Assembly: GCF_009914755.1 (NCBI RefSeq)
Contig: NC_060928.1
Source of the DNA: the human T2T-CHM13v2.0 reference genome, Homo sapiens
Direction: 5' to 3' (one strand)
DNA length: 64,000 nucleotides
The first letter of the stretch is position 1, and each line of letters opens with the position of its first letter. Positions 27,955 through 41,899 of the stretch are shown here, one piece after another. The translations under genes and the position numbers were made by a program. Under the pieces are notes generated by a model, which was given only the letters and a program-made list of their open reading frames with translations, did no database searches and was not told the DNA's origin.

Positions 27955-28770
27955 ATGGATTTATTCATTTAGAAAATATTAATTTGGCATGTACCACGCT
28001 GAAGGCCGTGGGCTCTGGAGTAGAACTCTGGGTGGATTACAAAGAAATCTTAGGCCCTGCCCTCAGGTAGTTTATGGGCTACAAGAAAACATATTAAAAG
28101 AATACAGAGAGTAAGGACTGTTTGGAGAAACAACTAAATTGCTCTGGGAGTGTAGAGGAAGGAGAAATGCACTCCCATTGAAAAAATAATGAAAGGCTTC
28201 ATGGAGAAGCTGTGGATCTGTAAGGATGGGGAGGATATGGATCTGTAAAGATTAGGGGAAAGCACTCAAGGAAACGGGAATAGCTTGAGTAAAAGCACAA
28301 AAAGGAACAGAAGTAAGGCAAGGCATGTCAAGGAAACAGAAAAGCTGTGTGTCTGGGTGGGAAATGGGTCCTGTGAGGGAAGCACGTGGGGACAGCTGGG
28401 TCCCGGAGCTCCATGAACTGCTGGCTGCAGTGGAATGTGGCCTTGTCTGGTGGGCCGTTGAGAGCCCCTGCAAGTTTGTGAGTAGAGAAGTGACCTGTCA
28501 GGAGTGACACAGTGGAACTCAGAATGGAGGGGGATTTGGCGGACAGAGAAGATCTTTGGAGGAGATAAATATTTGGAAGCTACTGAAATAGTTTAGAATA
28601 TCAGACAGGGTCTGAATTAGGGCAAGGGCAACAGCTGTGAAGAGGAAGGGATGTATATGAGCATAATCAATTTTGACAACAAATTTGATAAGAGCAAGAA
28701 AAGAGTCAAAGGTAACTTCAGGATTTCAAAAGGAGATATTAAAAACCAAAGCTAGAAACTAGGAGATAAG
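27955..28770 (-). mobile_element. L2 LINE, degraded
   Basis: ttattcattt...ggccctgccctcagg...gaaaggcttcatggagaag...agcttgagtaaaagcac...tttggaagctactg...gagtcaaagg. Confidence 0.6.
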
Positions 28771-30776
28771 CAAGACGGTGGGAAAGTGTTCAATAGCCCC
28801 CCAAATGCAGAGTTGAGATAGATCGCTTCCCTGTGACTATTTCAGTGCTCTGTTGTGAGTGGACAAAAAAGGAGGGAAAAATTAGACTTTATATCAAACA
28901 GTGCTGTTACTTTTTAGCAGCACTGGAAGTCTCTAGCAGAGGAGAAAACTACACTAAAAAGCAAAATGAAATTTCTAGATGGCAATGAAACTGAATTTAT
29001 CTGTGGTTGCGGTTAGCCATTGGCATTGATAATCACCACACAGCGGTATTTTCTTTGAAGGTAGATAGTTAGCACTCTCTAAACTAGAAATTGCCCCCAT
29101 TTTATCCATTATGACTCCGAGGCTTTTACAACAGAGCCATATAACTTCAGTCACCAGGGAGTTTTAGAACACTGAAGTTAGAATGGAACCATCACCGCTA
29201 CTCTATTAATGTTGTATCACTATTCAGATGCAGTTTATTGCAGGGAACAGCTTAAACTCAAATATACTAGCATCTATACAATCATGACAACACTTATTAG
29301 TTGGTACATAACGTATGGGCAGAGGCTGTGCTTGCCGGAGACTATCTGTCTTTCAGGCTCAAGAAGCAATGGCGAGTCAGCTGCTGTCGTGCCACAGTCT
29401 CTGTTTATTATGTTCTTATTATCTTTCTTATTATGAAAGGAAAGAGCTAAATGTGTTCATGTGTTTGCAGGATGATAGACAACTTAACCATGTCATAGGG
29501 CAACAGGAAGGACAGAAGTGGAGGGAAAAAGAGCAAGCAACTTTTCTTCTATTCGATTGGGAAGGAGTTTGGAACTGCAGACCCGTCAGCTATAAGGAAG
29601 TCTGGTGTGAATGCCCAGCCTTGCCCCAGAGGGGAATGGGTCCTCACTGAGTACTCCTGCATCCACCTGCTTTCCCATCTCCCCGTTTGTAGAGGTGAGT
29701 GACTTCAAGCCTTATTTTAGACAAAGTGTCTCTCCTGCCCCAAAGGCTCTCACAGAACAAAGCTGCTACAACGGTTCCTAAAACAGACACAATTCCCACA
29801 GAATTATAGATAATTTTCATTTCAGAAAAGAAGATAAAGACATTATTTAATTATCCTCTTTGGGATATGAAAGTACCACGTGGAAGATGGAGGCCAACTA
29901 TTTCTTCTTCAGGAGAGTCAAAAGAACCACATTGAAGAAGAGGTTCACAACAGATGCTAAAAAATCTAAGGGTGCTCATGGCCTGAATACGTTTCCAGGC
30001 AGAGTTTGTGAGCAGAGTTCACAAAGGTGCGGATGAAGACCGTTCGCTGGGCTTCACTAGTACAAAGACAGGCTGACAGTGCAAAGACGAAGAGGAACGG
30101 TCCCAGCCATCAGGGAACTCAGCAGCTTGGAAGATACTAAACAGCCACTCCTCCAGGATGTAAGTTCCCTCATTACAAAGCTGCCATATTAAGAAACATC
30201 TTTATAAATTAAAGGAAGCAGGGTTGGCAGGATTGAAGGGTCAATGCAAGCACTGAAACACAGTAGCAAGGAATAGGTAGAGGCAGAAACTGTGACGTGG
30301 TAATCATCTTCTACCCACATGTGCTGTCCCCATACCTCCCATGACACACTCTCCCCTCAGTCACCACTTTCCCTGGTCTCTATGCTCTCAGGTACCCTCT
30401 TCGTAGTCCCTTTTTCTTATGTTTAAATGAGGAGTAACGTGACACTAGACATCTGTACTTATTTACTAGTTTCATGTTAGTATGTTGGTTACTTCAGTTC
30501 TTATGTTACCAACTGATTTCATGATTTTTTTTTTAAGCTTCTAGTTAGGAAATTGAAGGCTCCGTCATTGCTATAGGCATTTCAAGCTCGGCCAGTAGGC
30601 TCTGTATATTGACAGAGATGAGAAAGACTGCTATAGGTACATTTTTCGTTCTCTAAAAAAAAGGGGTAACAGATGTGGGGGAGAAGAATTAGAAGCAATG
30701 CAGAGTCTGTGTTTTCTTCTTTCTCCTAAGGTTATGGCTCGTGTCCCAAGTTGTTGGGAAGGAACCTCTGGTTGCA

Positions 30777-30915
30777 GCAGGACTGACTGTACAATTTGTG
30801 AGCCCAGTGTGAAATGAAAATGCAGGGCCCCTTGATCAAAAATTATAAAAAAATCTCAAGACAGCGCCAGCAGAGCATTAAAACAAGCCCCAAGTCCCAG
30901 GCGCCACACAGCCTC
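30777..30915 (-). mobile_element. MER45A hAT-Tip100 MITE
   Basis: caatttgtgagcccagtgtgaaatgaaaatgcagggccccttgatcaaaaattat...cagcagagcattaaaacaagc. Confidence 0.75.
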
Positions 30916-31280
30916 GCTCTTCTGCAGTTCAGCTCTTCCTTTTACGTTCCTCTTCTGGCTACCTCATTTATCCTTCCGTAAACCTTCACTGATGAGAGAT
31001 GTGGTAACCCAAGCAAGTCTATCGTTCTTGCAACTAAAATGAACCAGCACACTTAGGACACGACAGGGTTCCTGCTGTCATTTCTTCCTCTTACCTTGTA
31101 CCGTCTAAAAATTGCAGGGATGTATTAAAATGCTTTCTACTCCATGTTATTTTAGGTAATATTTAATTAGGTTTTTATGCTTTAATACGATGTCTGATGT
31201 TCTGGATCGTATCCTCTAATTTTTTCTACTATAATAAAGTTCCTGACACTAGTTTAGGATGGACTGCATCCTCTTCATCA

Positions 31281-31734
<454 letters not shown>

Positions 31735-32796
31735 TTACTACTTTGAATAGTATTTTTGCCTGCCTTTCTTTGCCCAAATTTTTGTAAGAAAAAACATCAT
31801 GCAAATAAAAGGTACTCAATTCTTATTTTTCACAACAGGGACAGTAACTTTCTCCTATTCTCAGATTTTCATTGCTTACTTTTTACATTAGTTCCTCGAT
31901 GGTTTATAAGCTTTTGTTTTTGTTATCTTGATTTTTTTTTTTGATATCTTGGAATTTTTTTATGTCACCTAATTTGAACTAACTGGAATGGAAGGATGTA
32001 ATCATGTGGGGAAAAACATAAAATACTTTCAAAGAAACTAAGTTTCATTGATCTCAAGATTGTGCAGTACCTCAAACTAAGGTTAACAAAGTGTTGCTTC
32101 ATTAACAGGGACTTGGAGTCAGTTAAGTGCTTTAATAAGTAGATAAGGCTTATTTGCAATTAGCATATTGATTGTTTACATATAAATGAGTGCTTCCAAA
32201 GTGCTTGAGGGGAGCAGGAAAACAGCTTGTTAAGAGTTTTAAATGCCCCCCTTACAGATCATTTATCTCTATACTAATAGACACTATCTTTGAACCAAGT
32301 CTTTGCTAGTCCAAGGAGATATCAACCAAAAAGCTAAAATCACCACACATTTCAAATAAGTATAATTAATTAATGATCTTTATTTTGGGGAAAATGTTAC
32401 CAAAAGTCCCTTCAGAGTGGGTTCACCTGATGGACAAACAATTGAAAAGACAATCAGATCCAGAACTAGTTTCACGCCAGCCATGGTGATCTCTCGTATC
32501 TCCATTTTAAGGAAAATGACCAAATTCCACAAGTTTTGTTCACAGCTGACTGAACCAGGTAGAAGGACCCAACCCAAGGAAAACCCGTGGTCTCTGTATG
32601 ACACAGATTGGCTTGAAAAATGAGCTTGGTCTGTCAGCTTCTGACCCTCACAAGTTTATCTGGAAACACAGGGAAACATAGTTAGCCGTGGCAGCAGAAC
32701 CTAAAAGCGACACAGCAGACAGACAGGCCAAGGGAGGGGTTGAGTCACATTCGAAAGCCAAGAAACTAAGAAATTCCTATGAGGAGACAGAGATGT

Positions 32797-32879
32797 GGAG
32801 AGAAAGAAAGAAAGAGAAAAGAAGGAAGCAAGGAAGGAAGGAGGGAAAGAGTGGGGAAGGAAGGAAGAAAAGAAAGGGA
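32797..32879. repeat. Purine-rich (GAAA/GGAA) low-complexity tract
   Basis: agaaagaaagaaagagaaaagaaggaagcaaggaaggaagg... Confidence 0.8.
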
Positions 32880-33564
32880 CACACGCATAGCCACACATGT
32901 AAGACAGATGATAGATGGAACCTGTGCCCCTTGGAGGGAGTGGTTTGTCCCTATATTTTCCCTGGTTGGCTCTTCCTACTCAGGGCCCGCCCATGAGCAT
33001 CCTTAGAGCCAACCTCTTTGTCCTTTGAGGTAAACTGGGGCGCTGTTGTTCCTTACTCTGTAACTTGCTGTCAAGAGACGAAAACACCCCAAACCATCTT
33101 CCAAATAGGAGCAAGGGGTGGGGACAGGGCAGGATGGGGAGACATCCAACACGTAATGCATTTTACACGGAAAAGCCTCCTTCTCATGCACGTGAATTTG
33201 CTTAAATATTTCCAAATTTTCACCAAGACAGCACCACAAAAAGGTCTTTTTCTGGGCTTCTCAAGGCCTACATCCTGGGAGTGAGTAAAGCTGGTGGGGC
33301 GGCTACGCTGTTTGGGCCTGATGCCAGCAACATGGTGGAGTCTGTCACACTCCTTTGATGTTCACAGTCAGGACAGCTTCTGCCTGCTAAATATTAATCC
33401 AATTTGGCCAATCAAACTTCAGGTGTAGTAAATGATTACAGTAACAGGCAGCTTGTAACCCAGAGAACCCTTCCGCTTCCTGAGGTCAGCCTGGGGCTTT
33501 GTTTGAAAACCAGGAGTAGCACAGCAGGGAAGAGGCGTCCCAAAGGAAGAGGGATGGGGTGGGG

Positions 33565-34030
33565 GTGTGTGTGAACGAGTGTGTGTCTGAGTGCATGGGA
33601 TTATGAGTGTGACTGTTATATGTGAATATGTGTGAATGTGTATATCTGTGAGTGTATGTGATTATGAATGTGTGACTATATGTGAATGAGTATGTGAGTG
33701 TATATGAATGTGTGTGGGACTGTGTGACACTAAGTGTGTGAATTTGTGTGCCAATGTGTGAATATATGAATGTGTGAATGAGTGTGTGTCTATGTGTGTG
33801 AATACGTGTATGTGTGAATGTCATGTGTGAATGTGTTTATGAATATTTGTGAGTGCATGTCTGAGTGTGTGTGAATGTGTGTGTCTGTGTGTGATGTATG
33901 TATTTATGAATATGTGAATGTATAACTATGCATGTGTGAATGTGTGTAAGAGTGTGTGGGACTATGGGTGTGTGTGCGACTATGGGTGTGTGTGCGTGTG
34001 AGTGAACATGAATGTGCATATTTGTGAGTG
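33565..34030. repeat. Long degenerate (TG)n/(TGTGAA)n simple repeat
   Basis: About 465 bp of tgtgtgaatg-type units, with an 18-bp tandem duplicate gactatgggtgtgtgtgc at 33960-33995. Confidence 0.9.
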
Positions 34031-35384
34031 TTGAGGAGGGAGGGAAAAGGAGAAAAATAAAAGGGAAATAAGAGGGTGTGTGAAAATGTGGCAATTCTCT
34101 TCTCAACTGGAAATACAGATTAACATGTGCAAAAAACAACCCTGACCCGAGTTTTCAGCTGTGCATGCGGCGGTGATGTCACTCTCCATTAATCAGGAAG
34201 CAGATGCTCCTGGCTGCCTTCTCTCCATCACCCCCTCAGAAAGAGGGTGAGGGCGTCCACGGGGCTCTTCGGCTTTCTTATTTCTACCCCCATCGAAAGG
34301 CAAATATGAACCATGTGGCTGTCTCCACCCCTGACTTTAAAAGCATGTGTAGTTAAGGGACTTCAGCTTTTCCTAAAGAGTATTCCTCAAGGGAGTAAGG
34401 AAAAAACCAAACTCAACCACTAAAGTGTTCTTCCCTAAATGTCAAAGAAATCTGGTGGGTTGCTGATGTTGTTTTTCTAAACCTCTTTGCCCTAACAACA
34501 CTTTGTAACATACATGGAGTGCAAGATTCTCTTTTTGCAGAGAGAAAATAAACCCTAAGGCATAGAGTAATTTTCTGCTTGTTGAATCTTGTGCCTGGTT
34601 TGTTTCAACAAAGCCAGGTTTCCTTAGCATCACCTGGCCTAATCTACAGAACAGGCACTTCCATGAGAGTGTAACCATGTTTAGCAAAAGGTATCAGTTT
34701 GCCAGCTACTTAATGTCTTGGGCAACGTACGGCTGCCAATATCCACTCAATTAGAAGGTATTAATCATGCATTTTACTGCTCTCCCCCTACTGCCTATCA
34801 CCCCCCTTCCTCAGCAAGGCACAGAACACAGCCGACTTCTCATGTAATTCAGCCTTCCAGGCAGATGCAGTTACATGGCAACCATCAAGACACCTCTTTT
34901 TTTTTTTTTTTTCGGACTGATATTCTATTAATCCTTACAAGTTTATTAGTTCTGACTCATAACAATCCATCAGCCATAAGTGCAATAAATGATGCTTGGA
35001 AATTAATACCCACGTTTCAGCAGAGAAGGTTTTATATATTGAATTATCTTTAAAGTTATAAGTAAATAACATACGTGAAATAGATTTAAGCAATAAAAAT
35101 ATATTCTGCAAACAATACCCAGTAAGCTTAATATTCACCAAGCTGAAGTTACTTGGGCAGTATCTTAATAAGCCCTCAACTCCCTGCCCTCCTTCTCTTC
35201 CCTGGTAAAATCATAAATCCATCACATCAAATATTGGGGTTCTTTCTTGGAGGAAAAATAGGGCTTCCTTTATCTAACGCTTATTCTCAGTGTTTCAAGT
35301 GTTTCAGCTTTCCTAGGGTTTTTTTGTTTTTTTTTTGGTTTGGTTTTTGCTTGTTGTGGGGTTTTAGTTTTTAAATTTTTCATA

Positions 35385-36195
35385 ATTTATTTTTGTGCTT
35401 TCTGCTAATTTTTTCCAGCTTCTTTAAAGCATAATTGGCATATAAAAATTGTATACATTTAAGGTGCACAACATGATGTTTTGATATATGTATACATGGC
35501 AAAATAATTATCACAAGCTAATTAACATATCCATCACCTCACATAGTTACCATTTATTTTCTATGTGTTGAGAACTATTAATGTCTACTCTCTCAGCAAT
35601 TTCAAGTATACAATACAGTATTACTGACTGTAGTTACCATATTGTACATTATATCCCTGGAACTTATCTATCCAGCATAACTGAAACTTTGTACCCTTCG
35701 ACCAACATCTCCTCATTTTCCCCGCCTCCCAGCCTCAGATAACCATCATTCTACTCTATCGGAGTTAGATTCCACATATAAATGATATCATGCAGTATCT
35801 GTCTTTCTCTGCTTGGCTTATTACATTTAGCATAATGTCCTCCTGCTTCCCCCATGTTGTCACAAATTGCAGGATTTCCTTCTCTTTAGAGGTTGAATAA
35901 TATTCCATTGTTTATATGTGTGTATAAACACACAGCCACATACACACACCACATTTTTAAATTCATTCATCAGTCGATGGATACTTAAGCTGATTTCATA
36001 TCTTGGCTATTGTGAATAATGCTGCAGTTAACACAGGAGTGCAAACATCTTTTTGACATACACATTTCCTTTAGATACATATCCGGAAGCAAAGTGGGAT
36101 TGCTGGATCACATGGTAGTTCTCTTTTTAATGTTTTGAGGGACCTCTATACTGTTCTTCATAATAGCTGTACCAATTTACATGCTCACCAATATT
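35385..36195 (-). mobile_element. L1MA-type 3' portion
   Basis: aattgtatacatttaaggtgcacaacatgatgttttgatatatg...caagctaattaacatatccatcacctcacatagttacc...gggattgctggatca. Confidence 0.88.
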
Positions 36196-36239
36196 GTTCT
36201 AAAATAATTCAGAAATTTTCTGAGATATCTTCTTTTTTG

Positions 36240-36415
36240 TGTGTGCACACACTTGTAGTTCCACCTACTTGGAAGGCCGAGGCAGGAGGATCACTTGAGG
36301 CCAGGAGTTCAAGGCTGCAATGTGCTATGATCATACCTGTGAATAGCCATTGCACTCCAGCCTGGGTAACATGGTGAGACCCTGTCTCTAAAAAACAACA
36401 AAAGTTGAAAAAAAT
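36240..36415 (+). mobile_element. FAM (fossil Alu monomer)
   Basis: Retains the 7SL-like cctgtgaatagccattgcactccagcctggg; TSD ctgagatatctt (36220-36231, 36418-36429). Confidence 0.82.
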
Positions 36416-37073
36416 ACCTGAGATATCTTTGTTTGCCCTTACCTCCTCCTCTTTATCTTTTCCCCCAACTCCTCAACAAAGCCACTTAAATAGCGTTTAA
36501 AAAGTGACCCCCCTGAAAGAAAGTCCTATTTAAATCGTGGCTTCAGTAGAGCTTTTCAAGAACCAAGGCCATTAGAAATTCATCTTGCTCAAGGGAGGCA
36601 AGAGGCTGAATTCAGGAGCCAGGAGTTTATTTTGCTATATAATGAAAACAAGGGAGAGTCAAGTTTCTACCCAGTGTCAAACAACTCTATCACATTCCCA
36701 TCAAAATAAGTCAGAAAACATCTGCTAATTTTTACTTTTGTTTTTCAAAAAAGAGAGGGCTCATAGTGCTATTTGCTAACCTGTCTTTCTTGCTAGCCAA
36801 ATTTTCTAAAAGATACACTCAAATTAAAAGTTTTATAGTGATACTTTTCTTTCAGTAATGAATTAAATCTGTATAATTTTATTGAATGTTGCCCCTCATG
36901 GAAATGTGATTATTGCATTGTTGTTACCTATAATGAAATCCTTTACTCTTAACCTCTTTCATAGATTCAATGCACAACAACAAAACACCACAAGATTTCA
37001 TATTATTGATGACATAAAGTGAATTAAGAGTTAGTGGCAAAAGTCTGGTCTAGACAATGATCTAGCAAAGGAG

Positions 37074-37368
<295 letters not shown>

Positions 37369-37480
37369 AGCAAAGGGTATTTATTACTTACCCTCAGAGG
37401 CAACAAATGCAGAAACTCCACTTTTGGCTGTCCCTTCTCTAGTTCTGGTGGCCCTTCTCTAATGTGTCTCTTCTTCTTAG

Positions 37481-37690
37481 GCTTGTCTGCACACAGATGT
37501 GCTTTCTGCTTATGAATTTAGGAGAACTACATCCATAAATTACATCACACCTTTCCTGCCTACATGCAATTTTCCTAGACTTCAAAATTTTACAAACCAG
37601 AGAGATCAAGATGCACAGGCTTCCACTCGATGTCCCTTGCTGTATTCTGAGGCTAAAAAGACTAACACTGATTTAGTGGCTGTCTGCAAG
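37481..37690 (+). other. Candidate spliced exon (210 nt, open in phase 0)
   Basis: ctctaat branch point, tctcttcttcttag acceptor, AAG|gtaaaa donor; no transcript evidence available. Confidence 0.35.
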
Positions 37691-37959
37691 GTAAAAGCAT
37701 TGCTTTGATCCATATACCCAGTGCTCCTACTTTCCCTGCCTCCCATGCCAGTGTGTATATATTTACATCCCTACTAAGTCTGGGCACCAAGGGCTATGAG
37801 TGGCCCCCAAGGCAGAAAGATTTTAAAATATAAGCAATGACATATTCTGAAATTACAATAGCAAACATTTTGAACTGCTCTCAGTTCTTGGGTAGATGAT
37901 CAATACTAAGGACTGGGAGAAAGGAAACAGCAATGCTAAGCCCTGGGCCTCAAGCGCAC

Positions 37960-38150
37960 AGAGTATCCTACAAGTCGGGGAGACCCTACCGACCATCTAG
38001 CCTGACTCCATCCGTTTACAGAAAAGGACACTAAGATCCAGAGTCATGAAGTGATTGGCTCAAGGTCACAAAGCCAGTATGAGGCAGGCTAAGGCCAGAA
38101 CCTGGGCCTACTATCAGTTAGTAAGGCTTTTTACACTCATTCAAGCCACC
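37960..38150 (-). mobile_element. MIR SINE
   Basis: tttacagaaaaggacactaagatccagag...aagtgattggctcaaggtcacaaagc...agaacctggg. Confidence 0.65.
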
Positions 38151-38989
38151 TCTAGATCAGACAATCAGAAAACACAATGACATTCTAATACCCATACGAT
38201 GTCAGCACATAACATATCATAATAGTGCCTGGGTGATGAGATCTGATAGGCTTGTGGGAGTAGAGTGATGGTGGTTATGAAAGAGGATGAACTCTTTTAA
38301 TAGCCTGCTGCATTCTGAAAAAATGGCACACCTTCATTTTGCCTCAAGGGTTACATAATGGATCAAGATAAAACTCTAAATTTAAAAAAATGGATAATTC
38401 AAGTCAATGGAGGCCACTTTTTCCCTGATAAAGGTGTTTTAAAGATATGGATATTATATGTATTGTAATTAAAATAACGAGACTAATTTTTATGTTCAAC
38501 GAACAGTACGCATAGTGCCTACCCAGTGCACAATCACCTTTGAATATACACAAACCCAATTAATGCAACGTGTGGTAATCTATAGTCTTTCCCAGATGCA
38601 ATTCTGCTAATAACTTTTTATAACTCTTAATGCATATATGTCTAAAGACAGCTCAGTGACCAGTCATCCTTCCCCGCTCTGCGCACTGTGAAGACTGGCT
38701 TTTCATTTAAGTCTGCGGTCTACAAACAGCTTTATTTCTTTCCTTTCGGGAACACATGATACCTCTATTTGAGAAGACCTATAGCTGTTATCACTGACTC
38801 TGCAGTTCTTCATTCTCTACATCTCATCTGAGGCTACCTCTTTAATGATTGTATGTGCTTCTTCCTTTCACACTGCGACAGACCTTGAGGTTCCCATACC
38901 TCTTGTATAAATTATTATTGCAAAAACCTTTTAATTATTCTCACTTCTCCTCATTCTTGACAGAGGCATCAGAATTATCATTCTAGAGT

Positions 38990-39444
38990 CCAACTCTAGA
39001 TGTCATTAAGTTGCTCAGAAATCTTCCATGGCTCCCCATGGCTAATAGAGTCTAAAAGTCTCTGGTTTACTGCCTGAGGCCCAATCTTCTGGGCACTCCT
39101 TGGATTCCCACCATGTCTCTTTCTGCCTACTGATCTCAGTGTCTAGAATGCCCTTTTCGCCCATTCTCATCCCCCACCTCCCCTGGTCAGCTCTCTCTAT
39201 TCTCCAAATCCAAGCTCAAAACCCTATTCTCAACAAGGGGGTCTTTGCTGTTAAAATTTAATCTCTTGTCTCCTGTCCTTCCATAGCACCTTGTTAATAT
39301 CTCCAATGATAGCTCCCAATACATTGTTATTTGTGACTTTTTTCCATTCAACTATACATTCCGTGAGGGCCGGGATACCTCCTCTGTCTCTGAACAAGGC
39401 ATAGTACAGTGTTTTGTGCACAGTAGGTTCTCAACAGGCACTTG
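38990..39444 (+). mobile_element. L2 LINE 3' part
   Basis: aatcttccatggctccccat...tctagaatgccctt...ttccgtgagggccggga...cacagtaggttctcaa. Confidence 0.7.
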
Positions 39445-39445
39445 C

Positions 39446-39744
39446 TTTTTTTTTTTTTTTTTTGAGATGGAGTCTCGCACTATCATCCAGGCTGGAGTGC
39501 AGTGGCGCGATCTCGGCTCACTGCAACCTCCGCCTCCTCGATTCAAGCGATTCTCCTGCCTCAGGCTCCTGAATAGCTGGGATTACAGGCGCCCGCCACC
39601 ACACCCAGCTAATTTTTTGTATTTTTAGTAGAGACGGTGTTTCACCATGTTGGCCAGGCTGGTCTCGAACTCCTGACCTTGTGATTCGTCCACCTCGGCC
39701 TCCCAAAGTGCTGTGATTACAGGAATGAGCCACCGCGTCCAGCC
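39446..39744 (-). mobile_element. AluSg-like
   Basis: gaactcctgaccttgtgatt diagnostic; TSD caacaggcacttg/caatagacacttg. Confidence 0.9.
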
Positions 39745-40059
39745 CAATAGACACTTGTTGAAACCAGTTTTGTACCTCTACATGCCAAATAATTTGTCAG
39801 TGCCCTAATTTTCCAGCTGCCATAGCTCTTTCACATTGTTTCAAATTGTTTTTTAGGTGTATCCTTACAGTCTTCCTTTCTTCTCCTCTCCACTACCCTC
39901 ACCACCAATACTGCTTTGTGGTTGCTTCAGTTAACTCACTAGGAACAGTATTTATATTTATTATACACTTGTATTGGGGAAGCTTGTTTTCTCTACGTGT
40001 ATCCTACCCAATCTATGTCATATCTGCACACTATGTAAAGATTTAATAGGGCACCTAAA

Positions 40060-40240
40060 GATTGATTGGAATCTGAACTCACTTCCTGGTTATGTGACTT
40101 TCAACAAGGTGTTTAATTGCTTTGAGTCTTGGTTTCCTCTCCAGTAGAAAGGGATAATAATTCCTCAATTCTGTTATGACTACTTTGGCAATAATATGAG
40201 AAAGTCAGCTGGCACAGAGAAGGCATTCAATAAACAGTAT
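40060..40240 (+). mobile_element. MIR SINE
   Basis: tatgtgactttcaacaag...tcttggtttcctc...gggataataa...ctggcacagagaaggcattcaataaa. Confidence 0.6.
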
Positions 40241-41205
40241 GTGGTACCTTTTAGACCAGGCCAAAGAAAGCTGAGAAAGGAAGCAAGTTGTTCCCAAAAT
40301 CTGTGTTAGCTGCTTCACGAATGAGCCCCGATACTCATGTTCAAAACCAGACCCCTTTCTTGGGACCCCACTTGGCTTCTCCATAGCACACTGAATTCCT
40401 GAATAATTTGATGTGGATGCCATTACTTATCCCTCTTCACATACACAACATGATGCAATAACTGGCACATACCACCCTTCACTCTAAGAGCAGACTGCAA
40501 CTCACACTGCATTTTTCCATGTCCCAGCACATGGAGACATAATACCAGGGAATTGCTGTTGATTAAGATTCACTTGTGTAACTTAGGAGTTGGTTCAATT
40601 TTCAGACTTTGTTATTAATGATATTGTCCTATAATCTATGTTAAATATAGATCACAAGTGATGCTGATGAATGGGTTGGATCTCTCATTTGTGTTCGTTC
40701 AATTTACAATCATAAATTAAAATGTTCAAATGTTCTTCACCCTACAATGTAGATTTGGTCTAGGGTTTCAATATGATGAGTTAGTACTGTTAGTTTTCAT
40801 AAAAACATGCTGCTTTTTAAAACTTGTTTTCTCTTTTTAGATTTAGCTGTACATTATTGGCAACACATACTGCCCAGATTATGGAATTTGGTAATAAATT
40901 ATGTTTTTACTATCTTTGAAAATTCTTTTCAGGGTGGAAGACTTTCTAGCCTTAGTTATATGTGTTTAATCTTGGTTTTCTTACGGTATTATGCAAATTC
41001 TGCAAAATGATCCATGGACTCATCCACTGATGTGTATCAATGTAAGTTTCTGAAACAAAGTCATCAACATGCAGAGACAGGTTAATGCTTTAGTTACATA
41101 GCTTTCAAGAGTACTTATGTTTATTAAGAAGTTGTCTTCCTAAGGGTCATGTTGTAGCCTAATTCTGGTACGCAAAACTAGGATACCAAGTTAATAATCC
41201 TAATG

Positions 41206-41206
<1 letters not shown>

Positions 41207-41236
<30 letters not shown>

Positions 41237-41245
41237 GGTGGTGGT
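41207..41245. repeat. (TTG)n(TGG)n compound microsatellite
   Basis: Read directly. Confidence 0.9.
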
Positions 41246-41513
41246 ATTGGTAGTGGATTTTTTCAGGGTTGGGGGAGAATTCTGGGGACAGTAAGAATGA
41301 TAGTAATGACTAGACATCAACTAAAATGTACATGTATGTGTGCAAGCATATGTTGAGTACATGTGTGTGTTTAGGGGGTTGATACATGCTAAACCTTGTT
41401 AGGAGCAAGACAGTGATGATCAGCTTTGCGCCCGATGGTCTAATATGCTCTTATATTTCAGCAGGATTACACATAACTGAAGGAATTACACAATCTTCTC
41501 TTACTTCACATTA

Positions 41514-41899
<386 letters not shown>

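Noticed and set aside
33486-34139. His/Thr-rich ORFs of 100-112 aa
   Set aside because: Translation of the (CA)n-like strand of the simple repeat
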